Source: Dudresnaya verticillata (taxonomy: Eukaryota). From it: DNA of 64,000 nt. The notes beneath the pieces were generated by a model. That model was given only the letters and a program-made list of their open reading frames with translations. It was not told where the DNA came from and ran no database searches. Below, one piece after another: positions 1 to 9,400 of the stretch (position 1 is its first letter; the number at the start of each line of letters is the position of its first letter). The DNA is taken from assembly GCA_977862235.1 (NCBI GenBank), contig OZ374564.1, positions 868,001 to 932,000 of the forward strand, in the 5' to 3' direction. Both the position numbers and the translations under genes were made by a program.

Positions 1-1
1 T

Positions 2-979
2 GAGACTCTCAGTGCGAATCAAGCCGAGCTAAGCAAGACGCAAGCAGTTCTGGTTGGTCAGTTAACTCGAGCCAATGACCGCATCCAGGAGCTCGAGGCC
101 GCGAAAGTCCCCCACTCGGATGACGCACCCGCTGCAGCGCCAATTCGACCTGAGCCCGTTGCTTCTGAGGCCCCACCAGCGGTACGCAAAACCGGCGCTT
201 TTCAGTACAAGATCAAAGCTCCGAAGCCAGCGGCCGCCGCACCTGTGCCGCCTTGTCCTCAGTCCAACAAGGCTGCCTCCCCGAAAAAGAGTTGGGCACA
301 AATCGCTGCCGCGCCCCGCCCTCGTCTCTCTGACGTCTCCGAGAACTCGCAGGAGGGTGTCCGCAAGTGCTTAGAGTTGCTCGAAATATCGACTCCGCAG
401 CCGAAGCCGACGGCCGTTTACTTCCGAAATATCAAGCGGGCCCGCCTTGGCAAAGTCCGCACAGCCTTGAGGTACATGCTTCCTCACCCATGGTCCATCC
501 TCGGTCTTTCCTTCATCGGACAGTCTGTCATTGAAATCGTTTGCCATGAAGGTTTGGTGGACCAAATTGTCGCCAAGCTGCGCATCATAGGCACAATTCA
601 CATCAAGAATTTCGACCTTTTCGGCGACAACCTGAAGAAGTCGAACGATCGCACCAAGCAGGATCGTGCAGTTTCCAATCTGGAGAAAGCGCAATCCCGC
701 CTCCAACGGCTGGTGGACACGTGTGTCAACCCAGCTGCCAAGGCTTGGTACACTCAAAATCTTCAGAAAGCTGAGCAACGCATTGCCGAAGTGTACAACG
801 TTGCCCATGATGTGGAGTCCTCGGACTCCGAGGACAGCGGATATGATTCTGCGGATCTTGTTGACGGCACTGCTGACTCGCCTGACTTGTCCGCCGACCC
901 CATGGCCGTCGACACGACCACCCCCGACACCCCCCAAACCGACCCGCACCCGGCGCACGAGGCGCCAAGTTCGAATTGA
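2..979 (+). CDS. LINE ORF1 protein (5'-partial): coiled-coil-like N-terminus, Pro/Ala linker, basic core, acidic tail
   Basis: The frame of track ORF 245..979 is open back to base 2 (ETLSANQAELSKTQAVLVGQLTRANDRIQELE...). It lies directly upstream of ORF2. No CCHC knuckle seen. Confidence 0.8.
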   Translation, partial: ETLSANQAELSKTQAVLVGQLTRANDRIQELEAAKVPHSDDAPAAAPIRPEPVASEAPPAVRKTGAFQYKIKAPKPAAAAPVPPCPQSNKAASPKKSWAQIAAAPRPRLSDVSENSQEGVRKCLELLEISTPQPKPTAVYFRNIKRARLGKVRTALRYMLPHPWSILGLSFIGQSVIEIVCHEGLVDQIVAKLRIIGTIHIKNFDLFGDNLKKSNDRTKQDRAVSNLEKAQSRLQRLVDTCVNPAAKAWYTQNLQKAEQRIAEVYNVAHDVESSDSEDSGYDSADLVDGTADSPDLSADPMAVDTTTPDTPQTDPHPAHEAPSSN

Positions 980-3900
980 GTTGCCGATCTGCACCCTTAG
1001 AATCTGAAAAGTTGTCTCTGGCAACGTTTAACGTCCATGGCGTTCAAGGGAAAGAAGCCGAAGTCGAGGCCTTGGCATCCACCGTCCACATCCTTGGTCT
1101 CTGTGAAACCTGGATTCGTCCTCAGGATCTCCGAGCTTCACGGCAATTCGACGAGTCCGTCTCCGTCGTTCAAGATCATGGTGGGTGGCGCGGACAAGGT
1201 GGGGTGGCTCTGAAGGTTGCCCCCCTTGTGAACTACTCTGTGATTCTCCGCCATTCTCAAATCGACTATCAAGTTTTAGCAATCCGGGTTGGGGGAACCC
1301 ATATCGCCATGATATACCTCCGCCCCCATCTACAGAAGACCACCTTCTTTGATTGTCTGGACCGCGTACAGTCCTCCACTCGCGGTAAGACAGTCATCAT
1401 GGGCGACTTCAATGCCCGTCACACACGTTGGGACACTACTTCGAACCAACATGGTAAATGGTTGGTTGAATGGACGACCGCGCACCGTTGGTGCGTCCAC
1501 GCCCCGCCCTCACCAACGTTTGCAGCTCATCAAGGCACCAGTGCTGTTGACCTCTTCCTTACTAAGGGTGTTGACATCCCGGATGCCAAAATTCATTCCG
1601 GTCTGTGGGATGGCGCCAGTGATCATTCTGCAGTTCGAGCAAACATTGTGGACACCCCCGTTTACAAACTTGGCATACCCCGCATACCCCAAAGTCAACG
1701 TCGCCAGCCGACCTTTCTTCGTCAGGCAGCCGATCTCTATCGTCAAGAGATTCCGAACACTGCCAGTGAAATCACGTCGTGCACAACATCGCAAGAATTG
1801 GAGGACGCGTATTCGCGGCTGAAAGCCATGACTTTGCAACCTTGGGAGTCTGCCCGCAAACATCGTCCCCGTCGTTACAAGTACTTTTGGGACGGGGACC
1901 TCGATCATCTGAAGAAATTGCGGTCGAAGAAGTACAAACAAGCCACTCAACTCATGACGTCGGAGGCTTGGGAACAGTACAAGACCCTCAATCGACGGGT
2001 TCGCGCACTTGTGCATCGCAATAAACGGCGATGCAAGTTGCGTTTGACAGAAGCTCTCCTGTCCTCCGACCCTACTGATGGTCCCAAAATGGTTAAGGCC
2101 GTGCTCCGAAACGCATCCGGCCCACTTGGTTCTCGGAGAGACCAACCAATTGGGAAGTTGGACCTGGCCAACTTTACAAAACACCTCGCGACAGGGGCTG
2201 GAAAAGGACATATTCCGCCCATTGTGCCCTTCGAAACTTCCCGAAACTTCGAATCTCACGTTTTCCGTGCTATAGTCAAGGCCAAACCGAAGAAGGCCAC
2301 AGGCACGGATGAAGTCTTCAGCGAAGCATTCAAGGTCGCCCCAAAGTCCTTTGCGCATGTCTTGGGACTCTTTTGGGTGAAATGCAGTCAGCTCGGGTAC
2401 CTATTGCAAGATTGGCAAACATCCCTGCTGGTGCCAATTTACAAACGGGGTCCCAAATCGGACCCAACCAGCTATCGACCGATTGCGCTAGTGTCGCACG
2501 GACGACAAATGCTTTCAAAGGCAATCGCGTCTATGATTCGTAAGGAGTACCAGTTTCATCCGACTCAGTTGGGGTTCCGTGAGAAAACTGGTACCGAAAC
2601 CGCCATCTTAAGGCATGCAACCAGCACAAAAGCTGGATTCCGGTACACGGCCGTGCTCGACTTGAAGTCGGCATACGATACAGTACCCCGCGAGCGGTTG
2701 ATGTCGAAAGTGAATCAGAAGATGTCACCTACCACGGCGGCAATGGTCGCTCTGGAGTTACAACCAGCAACAGTAGTTACCAAGGGCGATATCACCGGCA
2801 CCACTGCAATTGTGTCGCGGGGTGTGCCTCAAGGCGTGTCTTCGAGTCCGACTTTGTACAATGTCAACATGGACTCGTATCCTGAGTTCATGGATTTGTC
2901 AATGTCGGCCTCCGAAAGTGCTGAAGAAATCGACATTACGATCTTTGCTGACGACGTCAAGCTCCGATCCAAGACTAGTACCGGCCTCCAAACGGCCTTA
3001 GATGCGTCCACGAAATGGGCTGATCTTGAAGGTATGCAGTGGGGAACTTCAAAATGCCATGTTTTGGAGCCCGAAAACTGCACCAAACGAGCAATGTACT
3101 ACCTGAATGGTCAGAAAATTGACGTGGTAGACACTGCAAAGTACCTGGGAGTGACTCTGAAAGGTACCAAACTGGCACCTGACAAGAATTTGGAACGAGT
3201 TAAGGCGGCTCATCAACGCCTAAACTTACTCAAGGCGGTCGGCGTACACCGCAAATATGTGCCTAGCGCACGACTTGTGGACATCTGCCGCACGTATATC
3301 TACCCAGTTGCGGACTTTAGCACCCATTTGATGCCGATCGACACGGCCGGCAAGTGCGATTTGAGTCATCAACTCGAGTTGCTGGACTACAAAGTGGCAG
3401 AATTTGCACTTGGGTGCATTGCCAAAGAGCCTATGTGGCCTCGCAGTGGCCGCATCCGCGGGCGCCTACCACGTCATTTGAAGATGGCCAAGCTGCCGGA
3501 CTGGTTGCAGCGTATCCGTCTGCGCCTTCGCAGTCTTGGTAAACGCCTCACAAAACGAGCTCACCGCAACCGTGGCGACGTGCTCGCCATGACAGATATG
3601 TTAGAATTCCGAAGTTTCCGGGCGCAGAATAAGAGTCCTCTGGACATGAGGAACCAGGATCTCCGTGATTCGTGGGAGGGCCTGTGTCGCCAACGTCGGC
3701 GGCGCATTCCAGTTCCCGACTCTGGATTCGTTCCGATTCTACACATTAGGGATCGTAAGCTGCGAGATGCCGGGATTCGATGGTATTGTGGGTCATTTCC
3801 CGGAAAACCGGATGTCCTCAAGACTCGACTTGGTCCCGAGGTCTACAGGTTGCACAAAGCCCGAATTGAGTCTGCATTGAGTGTGAAGCGTTGGAATGCG

Positions 3901-4038
3901 GGCGTGCAAGCCCGACTCCTAGATAGTCTGAAGGCATTTCTGGATGTCTTAGATGACCAAAACTGTGTTGGTCAGAAGCGCAAACGCGAGGATTTGAGTC
4001 CCGTGCACAGAACGACCAAGAAGCGCAAACCAAGTTAG
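976..4038 (+). CDS. LINE ORF2: apurinic-like endonuclease + reverse transcriptase
   Basis: APE motifs ATFNVHG, LCETW, MGDFNARH, VDLFL, SDHSAV. RT motifs YRPIAL, QLGFR, LDLKSAYD, GVPQG..SPTLYN, FADD, YLGV. Uninterrupted 1020 aa. Confidence 0.95.
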   Translation: MSCRSAPLESEKLSLATFNVHGVQGKEAEVEALASTVHILGLCETWIRPQDLRASRQFDESVSVVQDHGGWRGQGGVALKVAPLVNYSVILRHSQIDYQVLAIRVGGTHIAMIYLRPHLQKTTFFDCLDRVQSSTRGKTVIMGDFNARHTRWDTTSNQHGKWLVEWTTAHRWCVHAPPSPTFAAHQGTSAVDLFLTKGVDIPDAKIHSGLWDGASDHSAVRANIVDTPVYKLGIPRIPQSQRRQPTFLRQAADLYRQEIPNTASEITSCTTSQELEDAYSRLKAMTLQPWESARKHRPRRYKYFWDGDLDHLKKLRSKKYKQATQLMTSEAWEQYKTLNRRVRALVHRNKRRCKLRLTEALLSSDPTDGPKMVKAVLRNASGPLGSRRDQPIGKLDLANFTKHLATGAGKGHIPPIVPFETSRNFESHVFRAIVKAKPKKATGTDEVFSEAFKVAPKSFAHVLGLFWVKCSQLGYLLQDWQTSLLVPIYKRGPKSDPTSYRPIALVSHGRQMLSKAIASMIRKEYQFHPTQLGFREKTGTETAILRHATSTKAGFRYTAVLDLKSAYDTVPRERLMSKVNQKMSPTTAAMVALELQPATVVTKGDITGTTAIVSRGVPQGVSSSPTLYNVNMDSYPEFMDLSMSASESAEEIDITIFADDVKLRSKTSTGLQTALDASTKWADLEGMQWGTSKCHVLEPENCTKRAMYYLNGQKIDVVDTAKYLGVTLKGTKLAPDKNLERVKAAHQRLNLLKAVGVHRKYVPSARLVDICRTYIYPVADFSTHLMPIDTAGKCDLSHQLELLDYKVAEFALGCIAKEPMWPRSGRIRGRLPRHLKMAKLPDWLQRIRLRLRSLGKRLTKRAHRNRGDVLAMTDMLEFRSFRAQNKSPLDMRNQDLRDSWEGLCRQRRRRIPVPDSGFVPILHIRDRKLRDAGIRWYCGSFPGKPDVLKTRLGPEVYRLHKARIESALSVKRWNAGVQARLLDSLKAFLDVLDDQNCVGQKRKREDLSPVHRTTKKRKPS

Positions 4039-4099
4039 CAAATCATCGCATTGGAAGCATGTAGTACCGAATATGTTTTAGAGTTTGCATGAAGGTTGA

Positions 4100-4158
4100 A
4101 GACGTACTCCCTTGCCACATAGTGTAGCGTAGCTACAACTTAGGACACTGAGGCGTCT
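4100..4158 (+). other. Predicted stem-loop in LINE 3' UTR, followed by AATAAA
   Basis: AGACGTACTC...GAGGCGTCT outer arms enclose an inner AGTGTAGC-GTA-GCTACAACT hairpin. AATAAA at 4162-4167. Folded by eye. Confidence 0.5.
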
Positions 4159-4483
4159 CTAAATAAATCACACATTTCGACAGAGGCGATGCAGATCTGA
4201 AACAAAACTCTGCTAGGGCTGTCGGATCTATTCCTTCTCGAGGAAAAGGAGCAAGCGACGAAGAGAACTGTATCACGCCCCAGCCATGCCCTGCACACAA
4301 TCTCAGACGTACACCTGAAAGTAGTTCGGGTTTTAGTAGTGGCACACCAGAACCCGACCCTGATGCTACCCCGGCGTTGGCCGCGAGTACTAACACAAAG
4401 GGTGACGTGGAACGAACGCCAGATGCTGATGGCTCGGAAATAGAGCACGGTGACGAGCAATCAGATGCTGCGACGTTGAATCT

Positions 4484-5557
4484 TGTTGAGGACATGGTCG
4501 CTGGCGCCTCACGTCACGGGTCAGGTACCCCAGATGGTACCCTGGCACGCTGTCACCAAACCTTCCGGAGACGACAGCCCTTTTTCCGGGCTTCCAAAAT
4601 CACGGCGCATTTAGGCCTTTTGCAAAAGCAACGTGAAACGGGCTTCTGATTGGTTGTTACAAACCGCCTCCATGGTCTATATGGCTTACAAGTGTTGTGC
4701 TGGAATTGGCGGTTATAACAGGAACGGCCAAGTGGAACGATCTGATTGGACCACATGGATGCACGTGGTATGGCATGGAATGGTATTGGTATGACGCGCA
4801 CTGTACTCCACAAGTACACATGAACGTGCCATGCAATGTGCTGATGGCGTCCGAGTTGGTACTGCAGGGACTTGCGCTACGTGGAGCCTGACTTGTGATA
4901 TCAGGAGATGCAGTTGTCGTGCGGCCGACACGTTGGTTTACAGTTTGCACGTAGCTGTCGTGCGGCCGACACGTTGGTTTACAGTTTGCACGTAGCTGTC
5001 GTGCGGCCGACACGTTGGTTTACAGTTGCCACGTAGGTGTCGTGCGGCCGACACGTTGGTTTACAGCTGCCACGTAGGCAAATCTGGGTGATTACGTGGT
5101 CAATGATCCAAGTTGGATATTCATGGACGGACTTGAGCTGGTAAGTGCGGCCACGTGGTGTGCAGTGTTGTCCGACAGCAGCCATGCGGGGACACTCGAT
5201 ACTTTCGAGTTCCCGCCCAAAGTTGGAGTACATATGGATGGCAGGAAATGCGGTCGCAAGAGGGATTGCTGATGTCAGCAGTTAGCAACACTGGTGTGCA
5301 AGTTCCCGCCCATTTTGGTGGCGGATGTGAGTGTGCTGAGAGTATGATTTGGTAGATTTAATTGCTTTACTTTTTCCCGCCCATTTGATAATAGGGATTT
5401 TGGGCGTTTCTTTAATGATTTGTTTTGTTTGTGTTCAAGCAGCAACTCATCCGAAAAGCTGATATAAGCCTTGTCGGATGGTCGGCTGCAGTAAACGAAG
5501 TCAAGCGACTTCCATTTCTCATCTTGTTCACCTTCAACCTCTCCATATTCCTCTTCA
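4484..5557 (+). repeat. Copia-1 5' LTR (1074 bp; four 41-bp units at 4915-5078)
   Basis: TGTTGAGGAC...CTCTTCA; direct repeat of 10811-11849. Confidence 0.95.
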
Positions 5558-5571
5558 GGTTATGGGCCCAG
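5558..5571 (+). promoter_or_regulatory. Primer binding site GGTTATGGGCCCAG (internal/half tRNA-iMet type)
   Basis: Immediately follows the LTR. This is the anticodon-arm tRNA-iMet PBS type known from Drosophila copia. Same sequence at 29988 and 54326. Confidence 0.88.
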
Positions 5572-6493
5572 AAGGTCGACCTACGCAGACTTCATCGCTT
5601 CGCTGCAACCTTCTTCCTTTTTCTTTTCATTCTGGATACTGTCCTGTCCCGTCCTGGCCTGTCCTGTCTGCTTGTGTCCTGTCTTGTCGGCTTGTGTCCT
5701 GTCCTGTCTGCTTGTTGTCTGTTGAAAGTGGTCCCTATCCCACTGTGTCGGCTTGTGTCTCTTATTTTGTGAGAGAGTTCTCGAGGCTCTCGTCCGCTGT
5801 TGTCTTGGTCCGTGAGCTTGCTGAGAGGTTGAGTGTTGTGCGTGGTGACTCTCGTTAAGTCAGGACCTCGTTGGCCTAGGGGAGCAGCCTCCAGTAAGAT
5901 CCAGAACCTTGACACGGTTGGGCCTAGTTCCATTCCTACAAGAGACTGGACCTGTTCGTGTGGTGAACACTCGTTTTGAGTTAGTACCCATAAGGTGGAC
6001 GTCTCGTAAGGATTGCATACTTCGTGTCTGTGTGCGCACGACACGAAAGGGCTGCTGAAAGACGCATTTCACCCGGAGAATCATATCCGGGGGCCAGGAG
6101 TCCGACTCCTAGGGGTGACTAGGTAGAACCTGGTGCCAGAACATCCCGCGTCAAAAAGACGTTCAACTATCAAGAATCAACTTTTCAACTTCAAGTTTCA
6201 ACTTTTCTTCTTCAGTCCAGGTGATCCCATCATCACCTGAGAGTTTCATTACTCCAAGCGTGGGAGCTACTTGGCAAAGTGTGCTCCGCTTGTGACTGTA
6301 TTATATTACCGACGTGTTCGACACATTTCTCAGTTTCGTCGTCACGTCTTCGTTGTGTGAGCTGCACTGCTCTGCTTAGCACGACTATTACCCTCTGGGC
6401 ATCGACACTGTAGCACTAACAGCACTGCCCCAAGTTCACCAAGTTTTCTAAAACTATTCAAGTTATCTCTTCTCACCATCAGTCCCAACAGCT

Positions 6494-9400
6494 ATGACTG
6501 ATACCGAAGCCGAGATGGATACTTCGAGCGGGGTCAAGATACCCCGTTTCCACGGCAGGAGAGGTGACGACTACGGTCTCTGGCGTCATCGCCTTCGTGC
6601 CGCATGCCGCATCAAAGGGGTTTGGAATGTTGTCCACACCTCAAACGACACACCGAGCAGCTCACAGTCAACTGGAGAGGCCTCAGCGGATACTTCCATT
6701 CTTCACGCCAGAACCTTGGCCAAACGTGAGAAGGCTTGCGGGATCATTATCTCCGCACTTGGTGATGCTCCGCTTCGTGTCGTTATGGAGGTTGATGATG
6801 ACCCCAAACGCATGCTGGAGCTATTGGACTCGTGCTATGCGTCCAGTCGAACCGTATCCCGTATCGCCGTACAGACCAAGCTATTCTGTATGACGTACAC
6901 CGGTCAGAATATGTCCAACTATGTCGACCAGTACACGTCACTGTTCGCCCAACTCGACCTCATGGGCAACGACTCGGCGATACCGGAGACACATAAGGCA
7001 CCTATGCTGCTTGCTTCCATTGATCCGTCCTGCCACCTGGAGTCAACAGCTGCAGCTCTTCGCACCAAAGATGCTGCTGAGCTGACTTGGGACTACGTCG
7101 CAACCACGCTGATCGATGAGTACAACGCCAAAGATTCTCATGGATCAAACGCAGGTGGGAGATCCAGTAAGTCGAAGAGTCGTCGGAAGAAGAAAAAGAA
7201 GTCCGCGTCGTCAGGTTCTCGCCAGCAACACAACCCGCTGGATGACAACGACGACTCCGATGACTCTTCTGATATTGAATCCACCATCCGTGCGTTGGCG
7301 GTTGCACTCAAGTCCGCCAAGCAGGCTCACTCCACCCCGAACCGGCACCTTCACTGTGATGTTTGCGACAAGGATGGACACACCGCGGATCGATGCTATC
7401 TAAATCCGGAAAATCCTAACAACAAGCTTCCTCCAAAGGTGCGACAGATGTTCACCAACCAGGGCAAAAAGGGCAACGCCAACTCGGCGGTAGCTGCATC
7501 TGGTAAGAATAATGGTAAATCTGCAAAGGTAGAAATCGCCGGTGCATCGGTTGAGATGACTACTGTTGTTCCTCCGAACGACCAAGGAACGTATACCGAC
7601 AGTGGAGCAACTGTGCATTGCTTCCACTCAATGACTTCTTTTGTACCGAGCTCAGTATCGCGCTGCGAAAAGCGTACTGTAGTGCTTGCGGACAAGTCGT
7701 CTGTCACCTCAGACCTATGTGGAGATGTGATTCTGCCGTTTGAGCATGCCAATATTCGGCTCAAGAAGGCCCTCTTCATCCCGCAGATGGGATACAATCT
7801 TGTCTCTACTGGGCGTTTGGCAGATAAAGGAATTGAATCACACTTTCGCCGCTTGGACGTGCGCTTGGTACTCGACTCTGATGGGTACTATATTGGATCC
7901 GGTGTTCGCGATGCGAGTTCTGGAATGTACATGCTACCAGAACCCGAGCCGCACACTTCGGAGGAGCAAGTACTGGCTGTCCCCAGCACGGAGCAAACTA
8001 CTGAGCTCTGGCATCGACGTCTTGCCCACATTAATTTTCGGGACTTGGCCAAAGTGCACGAGCATGTTGAGGGTGTTCCGGAGTTGGGCTCCACTCATGA
8101 AGTGTGTCGGGCTTGTAGACTTGGGAAAGCACACAAACAATCATTCCCAGGGCACTTCCGCCCGGCCAAAGCTGTCGGTGATCTCGTGCATTCCGACATT
8201 GTTGGTCCAATCCAGATCTCCTTTCCCGATCGTTTCCGGTATGCCACGACGTTTCTGGATGATAAATCCCGTTTCTTGGTCGTCGCATGTATGAGAAGTC
8301 GCCGTATGTTGAGTGCAGCATTAGATCAAGCTTCAGCAAAGTTTATCGAGCTTGGAGGAGCGGAAATAACAAAACTCCACTCAGACGGGGCTCAGGAGTA
8401 TTTGGCTTTGCAGAAAGATTTGGGAGGAGTTGGAGACAGTGGCAAATCCTTCTCCCCACCTTATACTCCGGAGCTCAATGGAATCGCGGAAAGGGTGAAC
8501 CGAACCATGGTGGAAGCTGCCCTGACTTTGCTGATCCAGGCTGATCTACCGGGATGTTTGTGGCCGTTTGCACTGAAGCATGTCAACTACGTGCGCAATC
8601 GGGTACCACACTCAACCGTTGGGGCTACGCCATACTCGGTCATGACAGGTGATGTTCCTGATTTAAAACATTTAAGAGTGTTTGGATGTGCTGCATATGT
8701 CCTAAGGCTCCCACGCGGATCCAAGTTCGAGTCTCGTGCACTTGAGGGGGTGCACTTGGAGACTCTAGAGCATGGGATCTACAGGATATTGGTCACTGGC
8801 GGTGACGGTATACCTCGTGTGGTTGAGTCGCGGCATGTCACATTCGACGAGTCCAAATTCCCGGGTGCTCCAAGCCTGTTGGAATATGGGCAGGACGAGG
8901 CAGATTCGGATGAAGATTACGAGTCTAACTCAGAGGCCTCTATTTTCAACTCGGACTCTGATGACGATGTATCGCTGGGTAACTTTGAGGATGAAGAGGA
9001 TGCGATTGAAGTTGACACACCTTCTTCAGCTCCACTACCTCCATCAGAACCCAGCTCATTCGAATCTGATGACACGGCTGAGGAAGAAAACGTCTCTGAC
9101 AATCCTCCGGCTGGTGTGAGTTCAGACCCAGAACGCCAGCAACAGAGTCGATATCCTCGTCGCCAACGTCGCCAGACGTCGAAATGGTTTATGGCAAGCT
9201 CTGCACAAGCTGAACAACAGGTTGCCCTCACAACTGGAGATGAGCCCACTCTTCGAGAGGCCATGTCTGCCACTCCGGAGGAGCGCGGGTTGTGGCAATC
9301 TGCCATTGATGATGAGTTCGCATCCTTGGAATCCAAAGGCACTTGGGTCCGTGATGACAGTCCCGATGCACAGCCGCTTCCAACGCACGCCGTGCTGAAA

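Larger units (their letters stand above)
1..4178 (+). mobile_element. Non-LTR retrotransposon (LINE, ORF1 + APE-RT ORF2); 5' end outside window
   Basis: Two overlapping ORFs, the second with APE and RT motifs. The 3' end is defined by the second copy at 47865-49008, which shares sequence up to ...AAATAAATCACACATTTC(GAC). Confidence 0.93.

Noticed and set aside
931..940. CCCAAAC as the -1 slippery site for LINE ORF2
   Set aside because: Heptamer is not in the ORF1 codon phase.
371..2358. Long antisense ORFs over the LINE (217 and 282 aa)
   Set aside because: Shadow frames of coding sequence; no motifs.
4915..5078. 41-bp repeats as a CRISPR array
   Set aside because: Head-to-tail units with no unique spacers, inside an LTR, no cas genes.
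4553..5355. Recurrent short ORFs on both strands of every Copia LTR (e.g. 118 aa MSAAR...)
   Set aside because: Recurrence reflects near-identical LTR copies; lengths change with repeat number; no motifs.
5425..5858. Hydrophobic Cys/Leu/Val ORFs as an env-like or membrane protein
   Set aside because: Produced by T-rich and TGTCC repeats spanning LTR/PBS; frame differs among copies.
5884..5894. GCAGCCTCCAG resembling an HCV IRES segment; nearby CTGAAAG/GAAA as a hammerhead
   Set aside because: A short match is expected by chance; the hammerhead core CTGANGA is not satisfied.
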